The notes: generated by a model from the sequence alone, not told the origin. A stretch of 64,000 bases of DNA from Obrimoposthia wandeli (GCA_977020255.1 CDROCS010005690.1:62001-126000), one strand, 5' to 3'. Positions 30,501 to 44,924 are shown, counted from the first letter of the stretch. Numbers and translations are program-made.

Positions 30501-33500
30501 ATTAAGCTTACTAATTTTGTTGGATTCATTCTTTAATAACATAGTCAAAATGCAGAACTATAATATGTTTAGCTTGAAATCATGGTCAAGACAAAATAAA
30601 CTTGGAAAGATGCTACTTGAAAAGCTTCAAAAATGTGCTCTATTAGATGTGAGTATCTGCCATTTATACTAGCAATGAAGACCTTGAGAATACCGACTCA
30701 CACGGTAAGTATTCGGACTTAAACGCTCTGATTTCGAGTGAACTCGATGAAAATAAGGAAGACGTTGCGAAAAAATATTTTATGAAACAGTGTTTCACCC
30801 ATAACGCTGTTTGTAGAAAACCACCGCGACTCAATGTCAACAATAATTAAAGCTAATTTTTATTCATACAAATTTTACTTCCAATTATCAATGGGGAAAT
30901 TGATGATGAATGCCAACACAGATTGCCTCATATTGAGGTATCTTATTTGTCAAAGCACAGCGTAAAACATTTCCAGTAAGTTATGTAATGTACGAATCAA
31001 AATCCGGAAAAATCATGTCGATATAATTTGTTTAAGAATTCGAATTTATGTATTTGTAGAATTTTGAAATTATAATTATGTCTACAAAGTAAATCATAAC
31101 TGGCGACCACGTTGAAATAAAACTTTTGACAAGGAATCAATCAAGGAAGAAAATTCTTGAGTCTCTTCCAAAAGAGACTATAAATATGTTGCAGAACAAC
31201 ATAAGAAGATATGATGGAACGAGTTCAAAGGAAGGCGAAAAGAGGTTAAACATATATAAGAGTGGGTTGACACAAACGATATTAATATCTGGAGTGCGTT
31301 TCATTTGCTGTTATCAAATGAAGCTGCGTTATTATGGAAAGATATCTGTAAAGCAGTAAAGTTAAAAATTCATCCGAAGAAAATTTCTTAGAAATAAAGT
31401 CCATTTTCGGTAAAGTATGCAAACTCACAAATGTGAGGCAATCGTTAGAAAACTCGTTGATGCCATGATAGAAAGCAAAGGTAGCAAAGATTGGCTGACT
31501 GATACTTTTATTAAATATATAGTAAGAAGTGAAAAACTGCTGATATCAAAAGAAAAAGTAGAGTCGTTGGTAAAGGTTTATAGCAAAATTGAGAGAAAGA
31601 AAACTGAGATCGCACAAGTCCAGATTACATAGGCTAATGCAATAAATAGAAAATACAACAGTTCTCATGTCTCAATCAATAAAAGGGGAAAAACGCGCTA
31701 CCTTGTCAGTGTATTTGGTATAATTCAAATATTTGGCTACATTAGGACTCTTCACTTACGCGATAGAGTGAGCCTGGTCTAACGATGATACTCAATCTAA
31801 CATCTGTACACACGCTTCACCTCACCCACAGATTGTTAGCCCAATTAGCCGCTCCCAAGAATTGCTGGCTCAGTGTCACACATTCCACAAATTGCAGCAC
31901 CCACTAACCTACAAATATGTCTATCGATCTGCCAGTGTGCGTGGGTGTCCCAACACATGTGGTCAATTCCCGACGAAGACGACTCACAAATATCATGTCA
32001 ATAGTCACTTGTCTGACCCTAGCTACAACTCTGTGGTCTGTTGCATTCCCCTTTATGGCCAAGATCTCTAGTTGGTGGCGCGTTTGCGTTGTCGGCACTT
32101 TGTATAAAGCGCCTGTGTTTGGAGCGCATGTAATTCTTTTTTCTAATTAGACAAGATAGCTCATTGGCAGTATGAGTTAATGCCATGTTTCCAATTGTTT
32201 GAAATTTTGTTCTAGTTTCTTGTTAACATTTATTTTAACTTCTCAAATAAATAATAATGATCTAAGCTATACCTTTACCAACAAGAAACGTTATACAAAT
32301 TTAAGTTGCATTTTTGAATTTTCTATTTTTAAAATTTGTTTTCACGTTATTGTCAATTGATTGTACTTTTAAAATTGGTCGGTAAATTGTATATAACTAC
32401 AAGCATTATATTTAACAAAAAAAGAAAATCGAAATGTTCAAATTTACTTCTTTATACATCTTCTATATAGGCCAAAAATTGATGGATATGTCGAGGCGTC
32501 TTTTTTAATAACCTTTACACGTTAATTATTTCCCTATGGAAGTGAATTTGAATTTTTTCTTCTTCATTTCGTTTAGAATTTTCCTTTTGTTCTGTCATTT
32601 CTCATTTTTTGCAGTCTGAATCTTATATTATATTATTAGTTCACATAGATATGCTGGCTGTTTCTTTCATAAATATTTTTTCGTATTTTTTATTTAGCTT
32701 TTAATTTTTTCCCCAAGTGCGTAGCTCTGTCCTGAATCATTCGCAGCTTATTGAAAAGGAGTGAATTTTGAAAATATTGCTTGTTTGGACAATTATGTTG
32801 GTATTTTAAATATTTGAACCGATAAATTAAATAAAATCCACTTTGCTAAAAAGTAAAAAATACTCCATTAAACAAATTGTATAAAAGCTTCGGGTATTAA
32901 AACCCATCATGGGTATGGCGTAAATGGGAATGCCATTAGATATGGTAATAGTAGCATTACACTATCCAAAAATCGTTAGTTTAGGCAATCCCTTTGTATG
33001 TTTAATGAGGGCTGTTTTTTTATACACAGCCTTACACTGTTTCAAAGGGTTTAAATTTCTGTTTATTTCTCTAACACAAGTCACCCGTTTAGGCCTCCTA
33101 GCAACGATATTGCGTCTCGACATACCAATGTGTTAACTAGACATTGGATTGTAAAGTCTGGGTAAAAACAAACACATGAGGCACCTTTAGAGAAACAAAC
33201 ATAGGAAAAGGAGAAGAACGTCGAAAAACGTTTTGGAAATATATTTACTTAGTTATCAGTTTATAGTCATCTTCTCTTTTTCTTTTTCTTTTTGTTGATT
33301 TTTCATTTTTGTTTAAAAGAAGTAAGAAATAATAAAAAAAAGTGTCTTTGGCATTCATGTGATCTGAGTCTTGTCGATTTTTAATCGCCTAACTGAATCT
33401 CGCGCAGCTCGCAGATTAATTCATTTTGAACTCGTCGAAACGTTTACTTTTATAAACATTCCAATTGAGAGACTGGACCATCCAAAATTACACAGATACT

Positions 33501-36500
33501 TACAATTAAGATTTGCAGCTTATCTTTTATTTGATGGATCCGATGGAAAGAAAATGCTAATCCCAGTTTCTGGGACAGTGTTCTTGCATTGTTTCCGATC
33601 TCTGCTTCTCAGGATGCTCTTCGGGAGATCAATACTTACTGGACTTCCAACCTTGGTCGATTTCCCAAACTCACAAAATTGGCCTTACGCTTTTCAACGA
33701 TTTCCATAAATCATGTGGACACTGAGTGCTGTCAATCAGTACACACGAGGGGAAAATTCTGCATATCGAGGTTTTATGTATGAAATAATGTTTTTTTTGA
33801 TAATCAGTAAAAGGTTTTTAGTCGTAATTTATTTGGTGCGAAATTTTAGAGTATTCGTTACGAAAATAAAGACGTCTAAGTCGTGATAATAGTTTATGTG
33901 TGTTTCTTGTTGCAAAATTAAAAAAAATATTGCCGTGTTTACACGAAATTTCGTAGTGACCTTCAGCTTGGTCAAAATTGTGTTTTTGTGTAGAATACTA
34001 TTTGTATACAATGTCCATAGTGAGGATGCTTTTCTGTGATGATGAACAGGTGGCCACATTGTCAACAACCGTGATTCTCAGTTCGATATGTGTGTCCCCA
34101 CAATTTCTAGTTTGTTGTGGGGGCAGTCGAGTCAGACGATGAGTCAGATGTCGCAATTCGTCATCCTTAATCTCGACTGAATTGCGCCTAAAAGCGGCCT
34201 CGATCATCGACACAGTTGGGGGTGGGTGGACAAAGCTGGCTGTCTCCTCGTGTTTACATCGAAACGGCTGCACTTGGTCAATCTCATGCGCTTGCTATTT
34301 CTCTGATTAGCCACTGGATTTGTCTGGTTTGGCATGCTTTGTCACTTTCCACCGCGACTGTCTATAGATGTGCGATATTTTTGGATAAATACCGTGTAGC
34401 AGATCATAAGTCAAAAGTTTATATTTCCAATATAAAATTCAAATTTTCATTAAATCAAAACTTACATTTTTCCAAAGTTCCGACATTATATTTTTTCCAT
34501 TAACATTTATAAACTAATTTAACAAAGTAGCATATGACAAGACTTTTAACTTTAAATGGTTTTGATGTGTGGCTTTCTTCATTGAAGTTATATATGTATT
34601 TATAGTGCGTCGTTTTTGGCGTCGGGCGATGAACCAAACTCTCATTTACTCAATCCCTCATGTATTGATAACTGATTTCTCATTCATCATATTCAAAATA
34701 GCGAGACTTTTCCTTTTCCCCTACTTTGTAACAGTTTCAGCAAAATTTGTAGCGTCGTTTATTGGCTCATGGTCAACACAGAGATGTACACAAATCGCCA
34801 GATCTCATCGTCCATAACGTCAGAATTTCGGGCTGATTAATATCATTTGTTCAGCAAATGGTTGCTGCATCCACACACTGTTGCTGTTCGCGCATCGACA
34901 TCCATCGTCAATTGCATGACAGTTCTCTGCGTTTCATTAGTTCTGGAGTTGTCAGACTAATTACCTTGATAGTCTCCACCAGCACCACACTCGTGTCTCA
35001 CTCCAACATATGATATTTTTATTTTACTGCAACGTTGCACAATGTGTTTGTTTGGCTTATCTTATTTAGCCAATTTGAACTTTTCTTACTAAGTCAAATA
35101 CCTCCACAACGTTAAGAAATAATTAAAAACATCAAAGCTGTTTATTTATTAAATAGCTAACCTGGGATAACCCTCAAATTGTACGTGAAAGCATAAAATA
35201 AGCGAATGGTAAAACATAAAAACTAAATCATTGAAAACAACTTATATTTACATTAGATTGTTTGTTAAATTAAACAAATTATTATTCAAAATAACAGTAA
35301 ATACTCTACTGAATATAGTCAGTAGTATGTAAGAGTTAATATAATAATTTTATATTACAAATAAGAACCTATTATTATAAGCTTGAAATTAAATGTCGTA
35401 ATCGTACAGGCTGCTATGATGGACGATATGTTGCCGGACTGGCAGGCACCCAACAATATGATTGATCTTGACGACATGGAAGGCGGCCTTGACGCTGAGA
35501 TGGTTGACAATACTAAGGAAAACTCGTCAGGTCTCGGGCACACGGCTCCCAGCATGCGGCACCACCGCCAGATGCGGCTCAGTAGTTCCAGTCCCCAACA
35601 CGAGTCCCCAGGTGGCTCCCTTAATTACAGGCACGCCTCCCCGCGCCAGCACAACTCTCTTCAGCAGCAACAAGACCGGCGTCTGTCGGCCCCTACTGCC
35701 GGGGCAAGCGCCTCGAATCAGGACCTGCACGATCGCATGGTGTTGTTGCGCGCCAAGCTACACGACTTCGAGGAGAGTTTTGAGCGCCAGCACGGCTGTC
35801 GACCCCAACTCGAGCGATCTGGGAACACTCAGGTTCGTGCGAACCATCCACTCGCATCTGCTGAGCAGAGGGTCTCTGTGGAATTTTAATGTCACCCTAG
35901 TTCTTCATGTATCAAAACGCGACCCATCCGTTCTTTGAAGAGCTAGTTTTGTGTCGATAAAAATATCATATCTAACTACTGATGTAACTACCATGCTAAC
36001 GCATGCGATTACACAAAGAATTGATTTTCCAGATTCTTTAGTTTAATTACCACTTAAATCACATGAAAAAATTAAACAAACCCGTCAGAATTATATTCAA
36101 ATTAAAGAAAAGTGTTATTACAAATGACATTTAATGAAGATTCATTCTCACAAAAAGTTCATGAATTTATATGATCTTCTCGAGCCTGGTTCTATGAACA
36201 TATATATGCAACTTAGGAGCAACGAGGACGGTTGAAGTTCTCAAGAAGATAAACAGGGTGGCGGAATATTAGAAAATTATGCTCCGAATCTTTACCACAA
36301 TCTACCAGTCGTTATTAGAAACCGTAACAATGTTGAAAAATTGAATTTTACGAAAGAAATAATCTTGTTTAAATATGTGGAGATATGTCTAAATAATTGG
36401 TAGTCACTTTTCTGACATTTATTGATATTATTGACTGCTAGAAAGCCTCGAAAACAAGTATACATATACACATGCCTTGAAAATAACTGCAAAGAAGTGA

Positions 36501-39500
36501 TATCTCTCCAAAAGCGTCTATACTATAATTTGGAAAACTTGATTTTTGTTGTGATTCTCAATGAGTTTTGGTTTTTTTGTTATATTTTTTAAATGTGATA
36601 ATATAAATTTCTCATAACTTAACAAACCGGTAGAAACACTAATATCGTTCAGAAAGTTATTGCAACATTTTTTCTTTAGAATGCTTCTATTTGTTACGCA
36701 TACTCTTTTCCTCTTCGCAAGTTTTGATCTTTAGCTGATGATCAAAAATATTGGTTTGAAAAAGGAAAACAATTCTAAATCAAAATTGACTGCACTTACA
36801 CGAAAAAATGGGAAAAAAGCAAATTTGAAAATGCTGTTTTATTTGGAAAATTTCAATTATTAAAAATATAAGTTTATTTCATTTTGTTAACGAACAACTA
36901 TTTTACATGTTTGCATTTTTGTTGCAATAAGTTAAATATAATTTAAGGTTTTATACATGATGATAAAAACCAGTTATGTTGTTTATGGTGATTTTTGTTT
37001 CTATAATCAGTCACAAATAAGAATGAACATTACGGAGTCTAAATAATTTGTAAGCATGTAATTTTTACATGCATACGTGGATTTCTAGGAATTGAAGTTG
37101 TAACAGTTACTTTGAAGCACTAATACCAATAGTACCAATAAATTTGATCTGAACCTGTTTAGGTTGTAATTATAATTTCATTGAGTACAGTTTTAAATCC
37201 TGACGAGAAATTGAAGACGGTATCGATTCTCGGTTGTTTCATCATCAAACTGGAGACTTTTCTTTTTCATCCGCTTTCACGAATCTCATTACTGAGTTCT
37301 CACTTAATCCAATTATTGTTACACAGTAATTAACTTCTCTTGGTTCGTCTTGGCTTGTAAAAACAATTTAAATGAATTAAGAAGCTCCACCGTGCATGTG
37401 TGCCTCCTTTTTATTAGCTCATTTTGATTATAGTAAAAAATCATAGTGTTGTAAATTAATTAAGGCATACATGATGTGATCGAAAATGTCCCGGACTAAT
37501 TAAGTAAGAAACAATCGATTGTGATAATTTTATCGTGTAAATAGCAGGTTTATTAAAAGTTACTAAAAGTACTTTTATTTTTTAATTTATTGATTTTAAT
37601 CTAAATTTTAGACATAAGTTAAATTGCAATGAAAATAAAGAAAATTGAGTAGATCTGTAATAAGGATTTTAATATTAAAGAATTGTTCGAACAAAGAAAT
37701 ATTTCAAGTTTTAAAGCATGCATATAAAGATCAGTTCCCTAAAAGAACAACAATATATTATTGGAGTACGGAATTTAAGCATGAAAGATAAGATGTAGAA
37801 CAAGATGAAAGTGAAAGTTCTGACAATATAGAAAAATTGTATAATGCTCTCATTCTTATTTTGCTCTCATGTCAAATCCAAAAAACGTGTGTTACAAATC
37901 ACTCTCTTTACTTATTTCCTTACTAATCCAATAAACCACATTTTCAAGCAAATGATCTGGATGAGTCTTTCAAAATAGAAAAAACTATTTATGAGGAAAA
38001 CAGTACATTATCTCGAAATATGAGATAAAAGTTAAATTTATAAATAACTTTATTAGACAATAAAAACTGTAAACGATTCAGAAATTGTAAATTGTATCTG
38101 GTCCTTGATTGTGTTTTGAGAGTAATTTTCTATAAAATTATTTTATTCGTTGTGTTCGCTCAAACCCTAATCAATCTGGATGCCGATGTTGTGCAGGTTC
38201 AGGAATGGCTTGCGGAGCTGATATTCCTGAAGGAGCGCCTGGCAGCCGCGTCGTCTACCGGCCACAGCAGCAGTAGTGCAGTGGGTCCCGCGGACGGTGG
38301 TAGCCACTACGACTGCTGCTCGATGGGCGGCGACAACCTCAACAGCAGTAGCAGTTTACACCGTGTATCGCGTGTGGCTGCAAAGTCGAGCTCGATGCTG
38401 CACGCCTCCTCAGCCGCTTGCCCGGCTGTCTCATCCACCGCCGCCACGGCATCTTCGTCTGGAATATCCAGTCTCGTGGATGCCGTGGATGGCCGTGGTC
38501 TCAGTGTTGCTCAGTTCCTAGATCACCTGACCGCCGCCCTCCACTCTCAGAGACTCAAGAACCCCAGACCCAGCTCCCTCTCAGACATGAACCGCGAACA
38601 GGTTAGTCTCGAAAACTACAACATAATATAATATCAGCATCTTCCAGTAATCAAGTCTTATACTTAATTATACTCAAGTCTCTGCCATAATAATGTGGAA
38701 CTGCAGTTTTTCAAACACATAAACTGTTCAAGTTCTAGTCTATATTTTCCCTTAGCTTATCTGTATACGGCAAGTGAGGCTACAAAAGCTGCATAGCATG
38801 AACTTGACAGCACATTCGATGTAGTAAAGTTTGTTTCGCTTTTAATATATCAGCTGTGTTCCATTTAGATCATATTACATGACTTGTATTTATTTTAATT
38901 ATATTTTACATTGGATTAAACTATATCGTTCACGTTAAGACTGAATACCGAAAGACTATGTATCGAGTTAATTGTAGGTTTGATGAAAGCGATCGGGACA
39001 TGGAAAATTACCTGCTACATGAACATCTCTACCGCTACAGTACGAAGACGAGAAGGTGGATCTTCAAAAGTGTCTTTTGCACTTCGAGAAGATTTACGGT
39101 CGTCCGCGTGACCACGCGGTGAAGCAGATCATGAAGCCGCTGTATGACCGGTACCGACTGGTGAAGCGCTACATGAAGTCTGCGGAGACTGGTGGCTGCA
39201 AGGTGCGACGAGAGCCGGCCACTGAACAATGCGGAGGCAGCAGCAGCAGTGCCCAGCAAGCCCAGCCGTTAGCGCCACCACTGCCGGCTAAATCGGTGGC
39301 TCTCTCCATCTCACAGAACTGCAGCTACATAGACAATAGGGTGCAGCAGCAATACCAATTTAAACTGCACAACAGTGGCAGCCCTTCCGCCATTACTGCT
39401 GCTGCCACTACCACTGCTGGTTCTGCCCCCAGCACCGCCAACGTCCCATCCAACCCGCCCACCAACCTCAAGCTCAGGTACAACTGCGCCACCATGCCTG

Positions 39501-42209
39501 CCGCCGTCTCCTCCTCCATTCCCGCCGAGAACTTCTCCCCGCCAGTACACTCCAAGTCTTTCAATTCCAGCGTCAATGATCTCATGTACGTATTTTGTTC
39601 TCTTCACCAAGGGTTCTTATTTTTTTTGCCTATACTCGCCCTTATGCGAATGTTACAATCCGTATTATTTTTAATAATATTAGGTTTTAGGAGAAAATTA
39701 TTATAAATGTATTGCTGATCTTTCTATTTTTACTAATGAAATCAACAAACAAATTGTATTTTGTTGTTGTAACAAATCAGTAAAATAGCCTTTTCAAGCA
39801 GTATTTGTCTAATAATTATTATATTTCGAGCTCTAGCATCTGAGTTCCATTTTAAAAGGAAGTCATCTCGCAACCGATATTTAGAAAGCTTAATTAACTA
39901 TTTCTCTCCAAGTTCACTGTTGTAAGCCCCAGTTATTTTATCAGCTTCGCTCTTCATAATTGTAGACACCGTTGATCTAGGAAATTTGAATTCCTCAGAC
40001 AGAAGTTTGATTCTTTTTCCCACTTCAAATATCTTGTACAATCATAAATTTTCTTTAATTCTTAGTTTGTTTCTATAATTTTTAATACAATGTACGTAAG
40101 ATAATGAAAAATATAATATTAAACTATAGCTCATGTACTTTAAAATGTCGATCGATAAAGCGACAATCCAATTAAAATTATTAAAAAGACTAGACAAATT
40201 ATAAATTGTAATCAACATTAAATAATTTGATATTCTTATCAAATTGATGTACGGATTATGTTTCATCCGTGTACGCATAATATAAAGTTCAATGTGTGTA
40301 TTTAATAGGGGATTTTATGGTAATATTGCAATTTGAACGCATTAGGCCACGAACGAATTATCGGTGTTTGACTGTACATTAATGCGCTAATGATCACGTC
40401 TGCAAAGTGGTACGAAAAATGCCCACATCATAATAAAATGGGTTCACATAAGAAAAACGTATCTTTAGTGATCAAATTGTTTTTCAAAAAGCACATTAGA
40501 AAATCTTTTACAGTGTTTCAAAAGTCATTCCATATTTCAAATTTTCCCTAACTTTGTCATTTCTCAATCGTTTTGAAATTTCAATAGCTTGCTATATAGT
40601 CAATAATTTGGAAATCTATGACACTCAACTTTTAATTGCTTTTCTGATAATTTTACGAGGTTGAATTGTTAAAAAATTAAAAATATGATCTTTAAACGGT
40701 TTTATTACAGTTTTAAACTCTTAGGTTTTGAACTTTTCATATTAATTTTTTTTACAATCCTCTGTATTTTTAATGGACGAGCTTCAAAATTGAGATAGTT
40801 TTATAATCGTATATTTCGATTTAGGCCCTTCAGATCCTGTAGTACAATGAAAAAAGAAGATATGGATAAAGAACGTGAAGTTCTGTTGGTCGAGAAGCGA
40901 CGTCTTCAGAAACTACTGAAAGATTTCGAGCACGGTCTAGAAAGAATGACTGGTTAGTTGGTATTTGATGTTCTTTGACACTATTATTTTGGAGCTTGCT
41001 TTTTCAGCGAGCAGAAGTACTGTTTCTCTTCAAATATTATGCTAAAATTGAATTAGTGTCAAGTTTTAAACCATAAGAAAAAATATATCCCAAAAATACT
41101 AAAACGTCTAAAAATGAAAAGTTGTTTTCATCATTGATAAATCACGGTGAATTTGAAAGTGAGTATAGACAAATATTTTATTGCAATAATGTTAAATGGT
41201 TAAGTGGATAGGCTGTTTTAAAACTTCAAAAATTATATCATATTTTTCATTAACCAAAATTTTTGGCGTCGATCGTTAATTTAAATTTCTCATTCATTAC
41301 TGACTAATTCATTAATTTACATTGATTAGTAACAAAAGGTAATTAGCGTTATTTAATACATTCACGTAGATAAATAAGTTTGTTTAATGTATTGTATACA
41401 AGTGCAATGTACATGTGTGAAATTTCCAAATCACTTATGAAAATTATTTTAAGTTCATATTTTGATTCGATATGTATTTGTCTTGAACATGTGCATAATA
41501 ATAACTATTGTCTGACATCTTATGACGACTAGGTGGAAAATATGATTCATCGTTCATAATTATTGCAGGATTTCAACATCTAAAATGAGAAAATTGGCTC
41601 TTAATAGAATCTTCTTAGCATTGGGTTGACTAATATCACATTTTAATGACTAAACTCTTTGAGAAAATGTTGTCTGAATTTTGTTAAAATTTTGTAATTT
41701 CGGCTGTTATCTTTACAGTTTGTCTATCTGATCATATTTGCTTAGATCCAACGCTGCCTTCCGTTAGAGTTCATTATATAAAATGATATATATTTTGTAC
41801 ATTTTACAATCAAATGATGTAACTGAACCATTTAATATTAAATATTTTAAAAAGCTTTTTTATGCATGATATTTTAAAATAAAGTTTACTGCATAATTTT
41901 TGATTACCCTCTTTTTGTTTTATAACTTATGCAACCTTTTCTTCTAATGCAAGAAAGTAAAACTGTTTAACGGTGTGTTATTTTTTGTATTCATTATGTT
42001 TTTATTTAAAACATTTTAGTTAAATTTACACGCAGTAAAATTCACGTAACGTAAAATTGTCTAATTTAAAATACGTTAAAAAACGATTTTATTTTACAGG
42101 TCGCAAAGTTGAGAAGTCCGATCGAGATCACATGAGGCCGGAATACGACCGCTACAAGACCATAAAGTGTCGCCTGAGACTTCTTGACAAAGAATTGGAG
42201 TCCCCTTAG
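18130..42209 (+). CDS. FAM13A: FAM13-family RhoGAP gene (FAM13A/B-like; paralog not resolvable), 9 coding exons
   Basis: Exons 18130-18516, 27689-27901, 29436-29578, 29795-30074, 35410-35832, 38197-38601, 39041-39585, 40825-40952 and 42100-42209. All GT-AG with compatible phases. RhoGAP motifs EGIFRVNG, LKCFLRELP and NKMDFKNLGIVFGPNIF; FAM13 motifs EKVDLQKCLLHFEKIYGRP...MKPLYDRYRLVK and GRKVEKSDRDHMRPEYDRYK. Confidence 0.9.
19130..20600 (-). mobile_element. Highly degenerate Gypsy pol remnant
   Basis: RNase H-like RFKLRTDHKAITF near 20060-20100 and integrase-like HYSANSQIDRNFRTIRD near 19560-19610; many stops. Boundaries approximate. Confidence 0.55.
22190..23245 (-). mobile_element. Hepadnavirus-like RT-RNase H element, copy 1 (5'-truncated, frameshifted)
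   Basis: YRFTRLPMGLRQSPAILQ, HVHIDDILI, VNLEKSQL, ILCDNQGLVW, EQNPANKPSR; 3' non-coding block shared with copy 2. Confidence 0.8.
23725..24749 (+). mobile_element. Internally deleted Tc1/mariner element
   Basis: Imperfect TIRs CAG..TTATAAAGTCTTTA.GAAGGT flanked by TA on both sides; transposase remnants FPDEAHF (24301-24320) and PDLAPPDYSLWAALKA (24420-24468). Confidence 0.8.
24768..24965 (+). repeat. Scrambled inverted duplication of the 5' end of hepadna-like copy 2
   Basis: 24768-24832 matches the reverse complement of ~26217-26295; 24845-24900 of ~26412-26470; 24901-24965 of ~26300-26348. Confidence 0.85.
25002..26470 (-). mobile_element. Hepadnavirus-like RT-RNase H element, copy 2 (one ~396-codon frame 26362-25172 with two nonsense codons)
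   Basis: RLIVDFAPL, PNLAEKLKQIPSGMMAVRIDLTGAFYQMPL, FTRLPMGLRQSP, VHIDD, WVTDATTT, LFCDNQGL, QNPAD. Confidence 0.85.
27689..27901 (+). CDS. FAM13A: FAM13 exon 2 (RhoGAP C-half)
   Basis: LPDENFHLLKYLCHFL...NKMDFKNLGIVFGPNIF; acceptor CTGTAG, donor GTTAGT. Confidence 0.92.
29436..30074 (+). CDS. FAM13A: FAM13 exons 3 (29436-29578) and 4 (29795-30074)
   Basis: ILISNYKLLF ends the RhoGAP domain. A phase-2 intron joins it to a Ser/Thr-rich exon; both donors are GTGAGT. Confidence 0.8.
33589..33783 (+). mobile_element. hAT transposase C-terminal dimerisation domain remnant
   Basis: YWTSNLGRFPKLTKLALRFSTISINHVDTE resembles W....P.L..LA...L..P.SS...ER. Confidence 0.5.
35410..35832 (+). CDS. FAM13A: FAM13 exon 5
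   Basis: LRAKLHDFEESFERQHGCRP, a FAM13 conserved block. Confidence 0.8.
38197..39585 (+). CDS. FAM13A: FAM13 exons 6 (38197-38601) and 7 (39041-39585)
   Basis: VQEWLAELIFLKERL; RPSSLSDMNREQ/YEDEKVDLQKCLLHFE...PLYDRYRLVK. Confidence 0.88.
39780..40050 (-). mobile_element. pogo/Tigger transposase N-terminal remnant
   Basis: FEVGKRIKLLSEEFKFPRSTVSTIMK (psq-type HTH) followed by LLKWNSDARARN. Confidence 0.6.
40825..42209 (+). CDS. FAM13A: FAM13 exons 8 (40825-40952) and 9 (42100-42209, stop TAG)
   Basis: EKRRLQKLLKDFEHGLERMTG/RKVEKSDRDHMRPEYDRYKTIKCRLRLL. Confidence 0.88.
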
Positions 42210-44149
42210 CCGTCTATCCGTGTGTACATATATATTCTGCATAGTCCAAACCTCAAATCAGCTCCGTGGGTTGTCTATACTCACTTTACTTCGTACCTAT
42301 TTTTGTGTGGGAGGAACTGTTTTTTTCTCTTTATATTTTCTTCAAAAGATACTGGGTTCAACTTTAGTTAAGAAAAAACCCTAAAAGTAAAGATTTTACG
42401 AAATAAATTTATTTTTACTAATTTTTGCTATGATCCTATTTGAGTATATTTGAAGTTAAAAATACCGTTGATATTAAAACGAGAAAAACAGTTCGGAAAA
42501 ATGCCGTATGGTGGGGTGTGTTGCAACCTATACTAGATGTATACATCTCTCTATTTTTTGGTCTCAGATATTCTATTTTGACACTCACTCAAAGAACTGT
42601 TAATTTGTCAGAGGTACAGACTGGCCCCAGCGTGTTTTGTGCTCATTATCTACCACCATCACCTAGATGCCTAGTCAACTTACTGATGATCTGCAATCTC
42701 CAGGTCCCAGTTCCTCCATGACATGTCACTGTCTCTTGGACGATGTACCATGCATTTTTGATCTTGACACACTTGCTCTTCTCTTGGATCTTATTTTTTC
42801 TGTTTATGTATACTTATTAATAACGTTGCTAATATTATTACTATTATTATCAGCTGATCTGTTTATTAGTCACATCTACCAACATCTACCCACACACACA
42901 CATACCTAACCAATTTTGTCCACAACAAGCATCGAAGGCAGGATTATTACAATATATACATATTTATTATTTTTTATTATTTTTGAACTTATTTTTTAGC
43001 AGCGACTTATTTTTTTCTTACAAATTTCAGTTTCGATTCGCAACAAAGACATTTGTAAATAAGCCTCAGTTGACTATTGCTATATACTACTATTAATTAT
43101 ATAAATATATACATAATAATCTGTATATAAATATTATTTTTGTCGTCATCGTTGTAGACTTTCCCTTCGTCGAATAGTAAGCTGCTGGTTTCACTATTTA
43201 TTACGTCGTTTCAGTCGACTTTTTACATGTACCCAACATAGGTGCCAACATTAATCTTCCACCTACACACAGTCTCCTTTTCACAGCCCCTTTATTTTTC
43301 TATGCCAAGGTTGCCCGGCGACTCTTGTTCTATTTCCAGTTGAGTAATAAATACATTTCGATGTACATTGTACGTGCTATTATTCGATGACAGTGACGAC
43401 AATGGTGTTGTGTATGAAGTTTCTTTTCATATGATGAAAATGTTTTCTTTATTATTATTCTGCCACAAATCTTCATCTGTCTCTGTGCAATCGACAATTC
43501 GATTATGAGGTGGATGACGCTGCTGCTGTCGATAATGATGATGCTATACATATTGCTGACGCGCTTGGCCTAAACAAAGAGACTCTAAGCGGTTGGCCGG
43601 TAATAAATGTTTCAGTTGTCAGAAACTCTGAATTGAGATTTAGTTTTTTATTTATTGAATTAAAAAGAAAAAACATATAGTTTTTAAAATGAACCTTTTT
43701 TGGAAATTTAATTATTATATGTTATCTTGGTAATACTTTACTTTATTAATTCTCAATAAATTTATTCCAAACCATGGGTTGCAGTCGCAATATATAAGTT
43801 TTGAAAATATATTTGCTTATTACTATACTACTTGTGACTTACAGTGATATATTTGAAGCCTTTATTTTTATTAAGAATTTAAACCTTTTAAAAAACTAAA
43901 TTGGGTTATTATCGACCACGTAAAAATAATCATGCAATTTGTATGCCAGTTTTAGAAAAGCAATGTAAAGGTATTATTTGACGAGTGAGAGTAAATAATT
44001 TGATTTGAAAGATATAAAAACCATTAAATTATCTCTTAAAAATTAAAATGAGATTCCTTAATTTTTTTAAAATATCGGAGTAAAATAGCTTTAGAAAGCG
44101 TCATTAAAGTTAATACATTCTAAATGCCATTTTGGATCAAAGCGAATGG

Positions 44150-44900
44150 AATATTTTCTAGAAAATGCAGGTCTCCATGTCAGTAAAAATAAATACAGGA
44201 CGTCATTTCACAATGTAACAAATGTCAATCAATAGATCCGACACCTTGTCATTGGGAAAAAAGACAACTTTCAGTTAAGAAAAACTGGCTCAGATTAGCA
44301 ATCGATGTTACTAAATACATGAATACAAAGTTTTTAACTATCGTGGATTGCGGACCATCAAGATTCTGTATATGGAGAAGAATCAGCAGAGGAGATATGT
44401 GATCAACTTGGTAATATAATTTTCGAAAGAGGACCTCCATATTAAATAATTGGATAAAAACATCTCATTCAAGTCAAAAAAGATGTCAGATCTATGCTCA
44501 AAATGGAATATTTTATTAAATTATAGAGCAGTAAATATACCAAGCGGTAATGGTATTGTTGGGCTAAACCATCGATCGGTGAAAACAACGGCCTCCAGAT
44601 CAAACTGTTCAATCCACGAAGCTGTCTATTGGATCAATGCATATCCTAATGTTCTACAGCACTCTCCCCTAAAAAATATTTATAGCTACAAACCTCGATT
44701 ACAATTCGTGGCTCCAAAGAAAGATGCAGTAGTATTAAATAACAAATTTAAAATCGATTCTAATGTATGGATTAAAACAGGATGTAATCAAAGGTGTTTT
44801 GAGAGCTGGTCTCCAGAAAGAATCGTCAGACCTATTAGTCTTCAGAAATATTTGATAAAAATTAAAGGAGATGAGTCTATCCGTCACATAGCAGACATAA
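44150..44900 (+). mobile_element. Gypsy integrase remnant
   Basis: LAIDVTKY, FLTIVDCGPSRF, IFERGPP, SGNGIVGLNHRSVK, EAVYWINAYP across broken frames. Confidence 0.75.
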
Positions 44901-44924
44901 GATCACGTTTGCTTATTATGTGTG

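Noticed and set aside
30560-31700. Degenerate coding-like fragments, possibly a DNA transposase
   Set aside because: No diagnostic motif could be recognised.
33829-34300. Possible Penelope-like RT N-terminal remnant
   Set aside because: Only a vague resemblance, with no catalytic motifs.
35355-39674. Alternative-frame and antisense ORFs over FAM13 exons 5-7
   Set aside because: Expected by-products of GC-rich, low-complexity coding exons.
43330-43600. Possible terminal exon of a convergent minus-strand host gene
   Set aside because: Low-complexity Ser/Ala peptide with no upstream exons identifiable.
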